IMG/VR virus record: IMGVR_UViG_3300032030_002018 | Reading direction: 5' to 3' (one strand) | Origin: a virus | Lineage: Duplodnaviria; Caudoviricetes | Length of the DNA: 64,000 nt | In this document: piece by piece, positions 27,240 to 36,759 of the stretch | How the letters are laid out: each line of letters starts with the position of its first letter | Numbering within the stretch: the stretch's first letter is position 1 | Notes under the pieces: generated by a model | The model's database searches: none | Seen by the model: the letters and a program-made list of their open reading frames with translations, nothing else | What the model was told of the DNA's origin: nothing | Position numbers and translations under genes: made by a program

Positions 27240-27515
27240 ATGGTAGATATATTCGAAAATCGTAGTAAAGTAGCACGTAGACTCAAACAAGACAATATGT
27301 TTGGGAATTATATTCTGTCTGTTGGATATCCTTGTAATAATATTAGTAACTATAATAATATTCGTAGCTATTATAATTTTATTCTTGACCAAGATTATAT
27401 GGTGAAGAATTCGAGTTTTCAATTAGTTATAAAAAGGTTATCTCAATTGTACCAATATGATAGAAGGGAATTATATGGAATATGGGATAACTATTACAGA
27501 AAGGTACTTAATTAA
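27240..27515 (+). CDS. GDYIL family paralog
   Basis: LKQDNMFGNYILSV. Confidence 0.7.
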   Translation: MVDIFENRSKVARRLKQDNMFGNYILSVGYPCNNISNYNNIRSYYNFILDQDYMVKNSSFQLVIKRLSQLYQYDRRELYGIWDNYYRKVLN

Positions 27516-27559
27516 GTACTATATAGTATTGATAATAAAAGAAAAGTTAAAATAATAAT

Positions 27560-27820
27560 ATGACAGATTTATTTAAAAACAGACCAATCATTCCAAAGAC
27601 TATGAAAAGAATGGGTATATATGGAGATTATATACTTGAAGTCAGAGGAGATAATAGTCAAAAAGACATTATGAATGTTGTTAAACATTATGACCCCAGT
27701 CGTTATCATTATGTTATAACATCTATGAAAAACTGGATTCATACCAGATTAGGTAGAGATTGGTGGAGAAATAAAGAACGAGAATTTGAATCAACAATGA
27801 GATATTATAAACGTATTTGA
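27560..27820 (+). CDS. GDYIL family paralog
   Basis: MKRMGIYGDYILEVR. Confidence 0.75.
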   Translation: MTDLFKNRPIIPKTMKRMGIYGDYILEVRGDNSQKDIMNVVKHYDPSRYHYVITSMKNWIHTRLGRDWWRNKEREFESTMRYYKRI

Positions 27821-27976
27821 TAATGCCAATGCAAGAGATTGTGCAAGAAAAATGAAGGAAATGGGTTTCTTTGGAGATTATATCATAGCTGTGAGAAGAT
27901 TTCCCAATACAAATAAAATAATCATACGCAAACATATATAGACAATTATAGGTACTTAATTAAGTACTAATACACT

Positions 27977-28234
27977 ATGAAACAAATAGCAAAACAAATA
28001 ACAAACTCCAATCAAGTAAAATGTTCTTTAAGGAAGCTGAAGAATGCTGGTGTATATGGAGACATATTAGCTTCTGTAAGAAGCATATTAGTTACAACAG
28101 TAGACCCATATTTAATTATTGACATACTAAATAACAAACTTTTAGAAACTAGATTGACTTCGTTTCTGGGATTTCTAACTTGTAATGATACTAATAGAAC
28201 AAGGAGTAATGTAATAAGTCAAACAATATTATGA
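27977..28234 (+). CDS. GDYIL family paralog
   Basis: LKNAGVYGDILASVR. Confidence 0.7.
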   Translation: MKQIAKQITNSNQVKCSLRKLKNAGVYGDILASVRSILVTTVDPYLIIDILNNKLLETRLTSFLGFLTCNDTNRTRSNVISQTIL

Positions 28235-28455
28235 GTGTACCTGAAGTATTAAGAATGTTAAAAAACACAGGAGAATATGGAACAATTATGATGTCTATAA
28301 AGTCTCTTGGAATGGCATTAAAACTTACAATAAAAGATATTTTGCTGACGTATAAATTTCAATCAGATATTAAAAATTTTATAAATACATTATATCTATA
28401 TGAACCAAACCAAAATATAAGAACAGAACTATATAAAATTCTAAATACCCCATAG
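28231..28455 (+). CDS. GDYIL family paralog (divergent)
   Basis: LKNTGEYGTIMMSIK. Confidence 0.65.
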   Translation: MSVPEVLRMLKNTGEYGTIMMSIKSLGMALKLTIKDILLTYKFQSDIKNFINTLYLYEPNQNIRTELYKILNTP

Positions 28456-28473
28456 GTACTTAATTAAGTACCA

Positions 28474-28520
28474 ATATATCCCCTATATAGACTTACATAT
28501 TATCTATATAGGGGATATGT
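28474..28520. terminator. Hairpin at the convergence of the two paralog arms
   Basis: ATATCCCCTATATAGA...TCTATATAGGGGATAT. Confidence 0.6.
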
Positions 28521-28522
28521 AA

Positions 28523-28759
28523 TTATATATTATAGGCGGTGTCATACCAAAAATCATATCCTTCATTTGTGTCAAGCCACGATAAATATTGATTTACTAT
28601 ATCATACGAAGAAAGAGGGATTAAGCGTTTTTTGAATGGAAGAAAAGACGCCGGGTATTTTTGAGGGAGACATTGTTTATAATGTTCATAAAAGAATAAT
28701 GGGAATATATCCATACGATTCTTTAATTTCCTTAATGATTTAATGTTATCTCTTCGCAT
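28523..28759 (-). CDS. FPLFFYE / W..T.(Q/E)G..FW family paralog
   Basis: Shared motifs with neighbours. Confidence 0.75.
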   Translation of the reverse strand: MRRDNIKSLRKLKNRMDIFPLFFYEHYKQCLPQKYPASFLPFKKRLIPLSSYDIVNQYLSWLDTNEGYDFWYDTAYNI

Positions 28760-28982
28760 TGTTAAATTCTTTTTTATATATGTCGTTCCAAAAATCGTAT
28801 CCCTGTGATGTCCTTGACCAAGTTATACCCCAATCAATCACATTAAAAACGAAATCATTACATCTATCATTATCTATCACAAACAGTTTATTCCGTGGTC
28901 TTTTATAATGCTCATAAAAAAACAATGGAAAATAATCTCTCCTTTTAAATTTTTTATATGTCCTTTTTGATATTGTTATCAT
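28746..28982 (-). CDS. FPLFFYE / W..TSQG family paralog
   Basis: Shared motifs. Confidence 0.8.
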   Translation of the reverse strand: MITISKRTYKKFKRRDYFPLFFYEHYKRPRNKLFVIDNDRCNDFVFNVIDWGITWSRTSQGYDFWNDIYKKEFNNAKR

Positions 28983-29211
28983 ATCTATACTTTATTTCGT
29001 TCATATATATATCTTCCCAATGTTCAAACCCCTGTGATGTTTCTTCCCACCTAATTGAATTATCAATAATATAAGCAACATCAATGAATCTGTTGTAATC
29101 ATTCTTTACCGTAATAGAATCGTATGGATTTTGTTTATAATACTCATAAAAAAACAACGGAAAATAATCTCTACTTTTAAATTTACGATATATATTCTTT
29201 GATATTGTCAT
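28954..29211 (-). CDS. FPLFFYE / W..TSQG family paralog
   Basis: Shared motifs; start MTISK. Confidence 0.8.
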   Translation of the reverse strand: MTISKNIYRKFKSRDYFPLFFYEYYKQNPYDSITVKNDYNRFIDVAYIIDNSIRWEETSQGFEHWEDIYMNEIKYRYDNNIKKDI

Positions 29212-29444
29212 AATATGCTGTTTTTCTTTTCCTTCCACATTAAAGAAATGCGAATATCATTCCAAAAATAGCAATCCTGTGGAGTCTTATCCCACCAGAA
29301 TATCCTACTGATATCTTCTGAAGATAATCGTTCACTTGGATATGTTACATCACCAGGTTCCAATCGCTTGGCTAATATTACATCACCATATATCCCAAAC
29401 TTCTTACAATCAGATATAAAAGACGGCTTAAATTGATTTATCAT
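29208..29444 (-). CDS. GDYIL/TPQG family paralog
   Basis: GDVILAKR...WDKTPQD. Confidence 0.8.
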   Translation of the reverse strand: MINQFKPSFISDCKKFGIYGDVILAKRLEPGDVTYPSERLSSEDISRIFWWDKTPQDCYFWNDIRISLMWKEKKNSIL

Positions 29445-29656
29445 AAAAACTTATTATATATATTTAACCAAAAATCGTGTCCCTGAGGTGTTAAACTCCA
29501 TCTTATACTTCTGTTAATAACAGCTTTTACTGAACAATCATTACCAAAATAAAAATTGCACGGAAAATTAGGATGTAATCTCTTTGCTAATATATAATCA
29601 CCAAAGAAACCCATTCCTTTTATTCTTCTTGATATGTTATTGCCTATATAATTCAT
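29441..29656 (-). CDS. GDYIL/TPQG family paralog
   Basis: GDYILAKR...WSLTPQG. Confidence 0.85.
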   Translation of the reverse strand: MNYIGNNISRRIKGMGFFGDYILAKRLHPNFPCNFYFGNDCSVKAVINRSIRWSLTPQGHDFWLNIYNKFL

Positions 29657-29657
29657 T

Positions 29658-29873
29658 TTATAACTTATTATATATATCTACCCAAAATTTACTACCCTGA
29701 GGAGTCATACTCCATCTAATACTTCTGTCAATAACCATTCTTAATGTATTACTATCATCATTATAATGGAACGCATACGGATGATTATACTGTAACCTTT
29801 TTGCCAATATATAATCACCAAAGAAACCCATTCCTTTTATTCTTCTTGATATGTTATTGCCTATATAATTCAT
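29658..29873 (-). CDS. GDYIL/TPQG family paralog
   Basis: First 27 aa identical to the adjacent gene. Confidence 0.85.
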   Translation of the reverse strand: MNYIGNNISRRIKGMGFFGDYILAKRLQYNHPYAFHYNDDSNTLRMVIDRSIRWSMTPQGSKFWVDIYNKL

Positions 29874-29884
29874 TTTATAACCTA

Positions 29885-30097
29885 TTAAAATAATCTCTCA
29901 TATATATTTAACCAAAAATATTCACCCTGAGGAGTTCTTGACCATACCATACTCTTATCTATAAGGGTACGAGATAAACAAACAGCACCACTAAAACACG
30001 GATAATCAGGCTGCAACCTCTTTGCCAATATATAATCGCCAAAAATCATCTTATCTTTCATCTGTTTGGCGATAAATTTGCTAATCATTTTTTTCAT
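29885..30097 (-). CDS. GDYIL/TPQG family paralog
   Basis: GDYILAKR...WSRTPQG. Confidence 0.85.
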   Translation of the reverse strand: MKKMISKFIAKQMKDKMIFGDYILAKRLQPDYPCFSGAVCLSRTLIDKSMVWSRTPQGEYFWLNIYERLF

Positions 30098-30288
30098 ATT
30101 CTTCCTCTATATACATTATACCAAAATTGATAACCCTGGGGAGTAGTAGCCCAGTTAAGAGTAAGACTTATCAGACCCTCTATACTCGGATAATCGAATG
30201 TACGATATGGACATTTCCTTTTGGCTAATATATAATCACCAAATATGTTCTTGCCCTTTAATTTCTTAAATAATTCTTTTCCATTCAT
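30094..30288 (-). CDS. GDYIL/TPQG family paralog
   Basis: GDYILAKR...WATTPQG; start MNGKEL. Confidence 0.8.
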   Translation of the reverse strand: MNGKELFKKLKGKNIFGDYILAKRKCPYRTFDYPSIEGLISLTLNWATTPQGYQFWYNVYRGRI

Positions 30289-30290
30289 AT

Positions 30291-30509
30291 CTATAACATA
30301 ATATCGAATACTTTGCTCCAAAAATTATACCCCTGTGGAGTGCCACTCCAATATAAACCGTGCATAAGAAAACCCCTTGTATTATAATAATGACTTAAAT
30401 CAGAAATTTCCCGACAACTGCCGGAATATTTATAATTAATGATTGCCAATATAAAATCGCCAGTTATGTTATTACGCCTTAAATCCTTATGTAATTCCAA
30501 ATTAGTCAT
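30291..30509 (-). CDS. GDYIL/TPQG family paralog
   Basis: GDFILAI...WSGTPQG. Confidence 0.8.
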   Translation of the reverse strand: MTNLELHKDLRRNNITGDFILAIINYKYSGSCREISDLSHYYNTRGFLMHGLYWSGTPQGYNFWSKVFDIML

Positions 30510-30521
30510 AATTACCTTATT

Positions 30522-31439
30522 TTAAGAAGTATGTTCAACATAATCCTTATATCTTATAACAACCATATCAATGCAATTATTAACACGATTGGATATCAAT
30601 GTCTTACATTTATAAGCCTCATCCCTCGACTTGAATAAATAAGGAACTTTACCACGCTCGCATTCAAACATAAACGAAGTCAACGCACTCTTATCCTCAT
30701 TATATTTGACATTAACAAGCTTATAATCTGAATCCTTGGCATTGAATATCATATAATAATCATCATTGAGATTATTGTTGTTATCATTATTACAAGAATC
30801 AGCAAATAAAGAATATAACTCCTTTAACCTACTATAGCTTGTAGCATATACCAAAGACTGAGTAACCTCATCATAATAACAATGAGCATAACTGAATGAC
30901 TTTAACTTGTTCTTGTCAACATCTGTGATTATAATTTTCTTCTCCTCACAGAAAGAAAGAAACATATCTATAGTATAAAATATCCTTGGATATACACTTA
31001 AAACACCATTATCAATCGCATAATAACTTACATTACAATACTTACTGTTACTACTATATACAGGAGAATATGAAACACTGGTGTTCTTATAATAAGTAGA
31101 ACTGTTCTTCTCACGAGCTAATGCCTTATCCTTCTCATAACGCTCCATATGACTACGTACCAAACCAGGAATGATATTCGACATTATCTTGATACTAACA
31201 TCAATATTGCCAAAAGACATCTTATGTATCTTGAAATCACTAGGCTTTAATATCCTACCAGCAGAAAAACTATCAATGGCATATACATCACCATCAGTAT
31301 ATACAGTACTAATAGTCAATATATGACCAACATCCCAACCATAATCAAGAAAACGCTCTGTTAATAACTCAATTATATCACCACGCTTATAGTCATATAA
31401 ATCAGACTCACACCAATTGTTATATACATTTATATTCAT
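30522..31439 (-). CDS. Hypothetical protein
   Basis: 305-aa ORF. Confidence 0.8.
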   Translation of the reverse strand: MNINVYNNWCESDLYDYKRGDIIELLTERFLDYGWDVGHILTISTVYTDGDVYAIDSFSAGRILKPSDFKIHKMSFGNIDVSIKIMSNIIPGLVRSHMERYEKDKALAREKNSSTYYKNTSVSYSPVYSSNSKYCNVSYYAIDNGVLSVYPRIFYTIDMFLSFCEEKKIIITDVDKNKLKSFSYAHCYYDEVTQSLVYATSYSRLKELYSLFADSCNNDNNNNLNDDYYMIFNAKDSDYKLVNVKYNEDKSALTSFMFECERGKVPYLFKSRDEAYKCKTLISNRVNNCIDMVVIRYKDYVEHTS

Positions 31440-31443
31440 AATA

Positions 31444-32013
31444 TTAAAAAGGTAAATCTACGCCATTATATTCCATATTACCAACAATAGAAGTATCATC
31501 TATATCATCCCGTAAAGCATCATAACACTTCCAATATAAATTACCATAGCTGTAATCACTCTCCAGCCTACACTCGCCATAACGCTTTGCCACCGGGTCA
31601 ATACAACAATGTATAATGTATTCACTACGTAAAGAATTATATAAGCTATCAGATATGTGAATACCCATCATATCACAATACTCACGCAACTCCTTTAAAC
31701 TACTGAAACGCTCATCCGGGTCTTCGCCACATCCAATGTCACTGTAAAAGTATATCTCCTTTAAACCGGTATCATCTGTATCCAATACTACATCATCATC
31801 TTCATCTGGAAATAACTTTGAAACCACACCATTAACGTGATTCAAACCATAACGATTGCCAATGCCATACCAATCATCATAATAGTCATCATCATACCAA
31901 TCATCATACAAATAATTGTAATAACTACTATAAGACTTGACATTGGAAGATATATAATCACGCACTAACTTTATCAAATTAGGTCTGTGAACATTCTTTA
32001 TACAATATTCCAT
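31444..32013 (-). CDS. Tyr/Asp-rich hypothetical protein ending in DLPF
   Basis: 189-aa ORF; promoter-like TATCTTTA upstream. Confidence 0.8.
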   Translation of the reverse strand: MEYCIKNVHRPNLIKLVRDYISSNVKSYSSYYNYLYDDWYDDDYYDDWYGIGNRYGLNHVNGVVSKLFPDEDDDVVLDTDDTGLKEIYFYSDIGCGEDPDERFSSLKELREYCDMMGIHISDSLYNSLRSEYIIHCCIDPVAKRYGECRLESDYSYGNLYWKCYDALRDDIDDTSIVGNMEYNGVDLPF

Positions 32014-32176
32014 ATCTATATCATAATCTTTAAATTTCTACATAAAGATATATTCTTTTTCTTCAAAAAACAAACTTTTTAACAAATTTAACATCCGGCA
32101 CAAAAACATTATGTATATATCCAGATTATTTTTTAACCCAGAAAAACAAAGAACAGTTTTTTTCTATTTTATCCCC

Positions 32177-32246
32177 ATATTTCACCTCTAATATTTTCTC
32201 CTCAATATTTCACCTCTAATATTTCACCTATAATGTTTCTCCTTAT
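32177..32246. repeat. Five 14-bp tandem repeats (ATATTTCACCTCTA consensus)
   Basis: Units at 32177, 32191, 32205, 32219, 32233. Confidence 0.8.
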
Positions 32247-32344
32247 ATATTATCTTTCTCAATGTTTATCAGTGTTTACATATGAAATATCACACACAGC
32301 AATGTTATATGTCGTGTGTGATATCATTCATATATTTAATGTCA

Positions 32345-32421
32345 TAACTACCTGTGTATCAGTTAGATATAACTGTCTGATTATCAACGACTTATGTAAC
32401 TGTTTGATAATCAATTAGTTA
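32345..32421 (+). promoter_or_regulatory. Tandem IHF-consensus sites
   Basis: TATCAACGACTTA (32382-32394) and AATCAATTAGTTA (32409-32421) match WATCAANNNNTTR; a weaker third copy lies upstream. Confidence 0.55.
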
Positions 32422-32475
32422 CGTTTGTATATATTTATTAGCGTGTCTAGTAGTTATTAATTTCTTTAAGTTTTT

Positions 32476-32694
32476 TTATGGTTTCAGTTTGTGATAGTAA
32501 TTTATTATGATTAATGGAATTGTCTCTGGTGTATATGTTATATTATCGTTATCTTCTATTGAGTTTCCTGTTCTTATATAATATGTGCCTGCGTATATTG
32601 GATAAGTAATCAGTGTTATGAAGAATATTATTAGTGATATAAAAAAGAGTGTTATGAGTCCTATTATCCACAGTATTCTATATATGTATATCAT
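32476..32694 (-). CDS. Small membrane protein
   Basis: Hydrophobic N-terminal half. Confidence 0.65.
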   Translation of the reverse strand: MIYIYRILWIIGLITLFFISLIIFFITLITYPIYAGTYYIRTGNSIEDNDNITYTPETIPLIIINYYHKLKP

Positions 32695-32697
32695 AAT

Positions 32698-32934
32698 TTA
32701 TTTTCCTTTAATATAGTTTTCAAATTGTTTATAGTACAAGCGTGATTTATCTTGCTGATTTGAAGATAACATATTATCTTCAATATAATCCCGGGCTTTT
32801 TCAATAAATACATCAGTGCGAGTGTATTCAGTCATCCCTATCTGTTTATCCTCAAGAAAACTATATCCTTCGATACTCCAATCATCACAATTATTTTTTA
32901 TTAGATGTACTTGTATCTTCTCTGGTGCTTCCAT
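32698..32934 (-). CDS. MEAPEKI..RTD.FIEKA..KGE family protein
   Basis: Paralogs at 47003, 52070; C-terminus shared with 38321 and 41017. Confidence 0.8.
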   Translation of the reverse strand: MEAPEKIQVHLIKNNCDDWSIEGYSFLEDKQIGMTEYTRTDVFIEKARDYIEDNMLSSNQQDKSRLYYKQFENYIKGK

Positions 32935-32937
32935 AAG

Positions 32938-33255
32938 TTATTCTCCTTTCTGTGCTTTTAATCCAAGTTCAAAGAAATGTTTAGCAGTGGTTGTAAATCC
33001 TTCGTGATTCATTGATAACAAGGATTTTTCATCCCATCCAAGATTAAAATGAGGATTTCAAATATTGTCTATTTCTTTCTCCAAATCCACCGAATCCACT
33101 TTAAGTGTGCTGATTAAAGAAAGTGTGTCATTGAGGGCATCTACTTTACCTTGGTAGTAGTCGAGATTTCTTAAACCAAGCATACACTCTTTGTTTGTCT
33201 TTTTCCTTTTCTCTATCTCCGCTACTAAAGCGGATTTGTCTATATAGTGTTTCAT
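32938..33255 (-). pseudogene. IDKS..VAEIE family gene with an in-frame TGA at 33058-33060
   Basis: Frame continues NPHF...AKHFFELGLKAQKGE, matching the LKAQKGE end of paralog 52365-52712. Confidence 0.7.
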
Positions 33256-33257
33256 TT

Positions 33258-35093
33258 CTAACCTCCTAATCTTTGTTTCAGTGATTTCATCCAATTCTTG
33301 TATTCGATGGAATGTTCGTCGCCAATTGCGTTAATACTAACCATTTGGTCTAATAAAACGCATAGACTGTTCATATTTTCATAGTCTTCATCATCCAACT
33401 TGAAGTGTTCTTGTTTATTTAGCCAGTTTATACAATCTTCTTTAGTTAAACCGTTAGAACAATACCATTCCGAACATTGTTCAAATTCATTTATAATTGT
33501 TTGTCTAATTTCCTCATCCTTTTCACTCCAAGCAGGTTTATCATCGCCATAGATACATTCATCTACAATTTTGTTATATTCTTCTGAACTAATACCAAGA
33601 CTTTCCTCTGGGGTTATCATTTTAATGACAGACTTCTGCTCAATCTTTTTCAATTCTTTCTTCTCGAAGTCAAAAGTATATCCCGCATCAACCATTACTT
33701 TCATTAGAGCATCACGCTGTTCTTTGGTTGCGGGATGGACTTTCTCATTTGTCCACCAATGGTTAAATTTACTTCCACCAACGCAAAAATATCCCCCAGT
33801 GCCGATTCCGCAATATGCGACAGGTGAATCTGGGTGGTTAGGGTCAAGGCAACCTTTAAATATGAATGGGCGTTCATCATCTACAGTAAGCACATCACCA
33901 TCTTTTGCATCTTCTAAAGTCCAAAGGTGTAAGTATCTTTCATCACTAAACGATACATCAGTATTATCATTGAACAAATAACGATTCTTACTTTTGTCGA
34001 TTTTTGTTATAAGTAAAGTGTTGGAAAGTTCACACAATTCCCAAACAATCCAATCTCCTTCGTGAAACTTTGGTTCAACCTTATCAGTTGGCTTCTGCTC
34101 AATCGTCTTCAACTCTTTTTTATCAGCATCCCACTCATATCCTGCATCTCTTATTTTTGCAAATAAAAGGTCACGCCGTTCTTTGGTTGCTGGATGTATA
34201 TTATCTACACTATTTGCCCAGTTGTTTTCTAAGCAGTTATCCTTAAAAACGCCAAATTTATCTACTCCACAATACGCATAAGGCTTATTGTATAAAACTT
34301 TAGCATAAATAAAAACACCTTTGTCAGTTGCAAGTATATCACCATCCTTAGCGTCAGCAATAGTCCAAAGATGCCAACATCCATCTACATATTCAATAGA
34401 CATTTTATCGTGATACCCATCTTTACATTGCAAATTATACTTTGTTCCACTAATTGATTCTATATAAGCTACACTATTATAATCACTTACAACCCAATCG
34501 CCAACCTTGAATTTTGGCCTGTTTTTATCAACAAGTTCCCAACTATCTTGTTCTTTGATGGTAATATAACTTCCGTCGTCAAAGATATACTTCCCGTCTT
34601 TGATTTCTCTAATCCTACTACTACCATCCAATCGATAGTATATGTTGATTATAGTATCGCCAACAGTAAACTTTGGCTCGACATTAGCGTCCGACTTACG
34701 CTCACCTTGCTTTTCAAACCCTATCACTTTTGATACTTCTAAATTAGATAATGCCTCAATAGCCTTATTCTTTGCTTCTTCTGTCATCGCAGCATTCATC
34801 GACATTTGATAAATGTTATCAGCCTCTATTAGTTTATCAAATATGCTATATCTTGGGTCAGACATTTTCTTACCTTGCTTTTCAAGCCAAGCAATTATAT
34901 CTTCACCTTTAATTCCATCTATATCGATAGTAGAATTGTGAAATCTTATAAGTGCTTTCCTTATCCTCTCATCATCACTCTCTTTGAGTTCTGGGAAAAG
35001 ATAGTTTAATTCTTTTTCACTAAACATTCGTTTTGCTCTTTCTTTAGCCTCATCATATGCCTTTGCCTTTTGTTCTATTGATAATTCTTTCAT
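33258..35093 (-). CDS. Modular repeat protein (KAYDEA / PKFKVGDW / HLWT..DAKDGD / PATKE modules)
   Basis: Internal module repeats; paralogs at 43288, 49827, 52709, 60892. Confidence 0.9.
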   Translation of the reverse strand: MKELSIEQKAKAYDEAKERAKRMFSEKELNYLFPELKESDDERIRKALIRFHNSTIDIDGIKGEDIIAWLEKQGKKMSDPRYSIFDKLIEADNIYQMSMNAAMTEEAKNKAIEALSNLEVSKVIGFEKQGERKSDANVEPKFTVGDTIINIYYRLDGSSRIREIKDGKYIFDDGSYITIKEQDSWELVDKNRPKFKVGDWVVSDYNSVAYIESISGTKYNLQCKDGYHDKMSIEYVDGCWHLWTIADAKDGDILATDKGVFIYAKVLYNKPYAYCGVDKFGVFKDNCLENNWANSVDNIHPATKERRDLLFAKIRDAGYEWDADKKELKTIEQKPTDKVEPKFHEGDWIVWELCELSNTLLITKIDKSKNRYLFNDNTDVSFSDERYLHLWTLEDAKDGDVLTVDDERPFIFKGCLDPNHPDSPVAYCGIGTGGYFCVGGSKFNHWWTNEKVHPATKEQRDALMKVMVDAGYTFDFEKKELKKIEQKSVIKMITPEESLGISSEEYNKIVDECIYGDDKPAWSEKDEEIRQTIINEFEQCSEWYCSNGLTKEDCINWLNKQEHFKLDDEDYENMNSLCVLLDQMVSINAIGDEHSIEYKNWMKSLKQRLGG

Positions 35094-35100
35094 AACAATC

Positions 35101-35328
35101 TTATTCACTAGTTATATAAATCTTATTATTAGCAGTATCTACCAACCAAGGAGTAATATACTTAATAGTCTCTTCTCTTGTTAAAGCAGATTTATCAATT
35201 TTCCACTTTTTTATCAGCGGACTAAATAAACCGACATCAAAATAAATATCATAAACTTCTGGCTCTTCTCCTTCTGGATATGGACCTTTTGCAAATCGTC
35301 TTACAATCTTAATATTCATCATAATCAC
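35101..35328 (-). CDS. NIKIVRRFA family protein
   Basis: Near-duplicate of 44211-44432. Confidence 0.8.
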   Translation of the reverse strand: MIMMNIKIVRRFAKGPYPEGEEPEVYDIYFDVGLFSPLIKKWKIDKSALTREETIKYITPWLVDTANNKIYITSE

Positions 35329-35696
35329 AACAATTTAAGTTCGTGTAATTTCAATATCATTTCAAAACAAGCATCAACAAGATTATTTGTGGTTATATCT
35401 GGCAAAGTTTCATCTACCGTGCCAGAATCTAAATCATCATACCATATAGAAGAATCAATCTCACTAATATCCATTCTAAATATAGCTCGGTTTATGTGCT
35501 TTGGTATAACCTCAAGCAATGCAGTAAGTGACCAACAGGAAATACATTTTTTAGGTTTATTTATTCCGTCTTGTTTAACTTCAATATAATATTCTGTTTC
35601 TTGCCAATTCAGAGCTGTCCACCAACCATCAGCACTTTCAATTGACAATATCTCTGCTAACTTTTTACTTTGTTTTAAATCTGTATAATTTTTCAT
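35325..35696 (-). CDS. QSKKL..WSL.ALL..DAC.EMI family protein
   Basis: Paralogs at 37940 and 62015. Confidence 0.85.
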   Translation of the reverse strand: MKNYTDLKQSKKLAEILSIESADGWWTALNWQETEYYIEVKQDGINKPKKCISCWSLTALLEVIPKHINRAIFRMDISEIDSSIWYDDLDSGTVDETLPDITTNNLVDACFEMILKLHELKLL

Positions 35697-35995
35697 TTTC
35701 TTTTCTTTTTGCATATTTTATCTCCAATCTTAAATGATAATTTCATAAGAATTATAGTTAATATTGGATAAATTATTATACAATTAATAAGCATCAATAT
35801 AAAATAAACATCTGTACTTATTATACCATTTAATTTAAAATCCAATATAAAAAACATAAGCCATACAAAAATTGCTGATGCTATTATATATCCGCACGCG
35901 CCACAAATACATCCTATTGCTTCCTCATCATCGTGAGGATTTAAATCAGGAATATCATCTTTATCATAAAATGACCAAGGATTGATAAATATCAT
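35693..35995 (-). CDS. Membrane protein (2 TM)
   Basis: Two hydrophobic helices. Confidence 0.75.
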   Translation of the reverse strand: MIFINPWSFYDKDDIPDLNPHDDEEAIGCICGACGYIIASAIFVWLMFFILDFKLNGIISTDVYFILMLINCIIIYPILTIILMKLSFKIGDKICKKKRK

Positions 35996-36014
35996 TTAAT
36001 TTTCCTCCTTAATT

Positions 36015-36170
36015 TTATTTATACATTCCTTCAGGTGCTTCAATAGCAAATCCTTTCTCTTTGAGGTATTTAACATAATCTTCATAAGAAGAAAATTCAC
36101 TAGGAAAATATCCATAAGATAATCTACCACAACGGTCTTTTAACAATAAATCTTTTTCTTCTTGTTTCAT
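36015..36170 (-). CDS. Internally deleted LLKDL..AIEAPEGMYK family member (51 aa)
   Basis: Manual translation keeps both conserved ends and lacks the middle. Confidence 0.6.
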   Translation of the reverse strand: MKQEEKDLLLKDRCGRLSYGYFPSEFSSYEDYVKYLKEKGFAIEAPEGMYK

Positions 36171-36251
36171 AACTTATTCAATTTTTTAATTTTACGTTAT
36201 AAATGTACACAATTTATTTGATATATATGATATGAAATATGTTAAAAAATA

Positions 36252-36317
36252 TTAAAAAACCGTCCAAGAACCAATTATCACTGAACATATAATCGTTGTA
36301 GCACAAATTGCTGTCAT
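36252..36317 (-). CDS. 21-aa hydrophobic peptide MTAICATTIICSVIIGSWTVF
   Basis: Second copy at 42391-42456. Confidence 0.5.
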   Translation of the reverse strand: MTAICATTIICSVIIGSWTVF

Positions 36318-36324
36318 AGTATTG

Positions 36325-36759
36325 TTATTTATACATTCCTTCTGGTGCTTCAATTGCAAGACCCTTTTCAATAAGTCCGTGATAATCAAGATGATGTTTA
36401 TATAAATAGTTAAGTATATTATCCATATCTTCCACGGAACAAAATCCATCATCAGCAGCACCTACATATGCAAAATTGTCAAACTTACTAAAATTAAATT
36501 GCCAATTTATTTTTTGTAAATCTGAGATTTCTTCCTCAGTTATACTTGACATTGGACGGAGATATGGTTTAATATAGTTTGCATCTATACTGACGTGAAA
36601 TCTTCCATACCATCCATATTCAAATCTTGCAACATTTTTATCTATACAACCAAGAGTAATATCATCCTCTGCTGAACCATACTTGAAATGGCATTTCACT
36701 CCATAAGGCAATCTTGCACAAAGGTCTTTTAACAACAAATCTTTATCTTCTTGTGTCAT
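36325..36759 (-). CDS. LLKDLCARLPYG / PYLRP / DY.GLIEKGLAIEAP family (possibly YopX-like)
   Basis: One of 7 full-length paralogs. Confidence 0.85.
   Translation of the reverse strand: MTQEDKDLLLKDLCARLPYGVKCHFKYGSAEDDITLGCIDKNVARFEYGWYGRFHVSIDANYIKPYLRPMSSITEEEISDLQKINWQFNFSKFDNFAYVGAADDGFCSVEDMDNILNYLYKHHLDYHGLIEKGLAIEAPEGMYK

Noticed and set aside
32233-32418. 61-aa + strand ORF
   Set aside because: Translation of repeat and IHF-site DNA (NCLIIN twice); no leader
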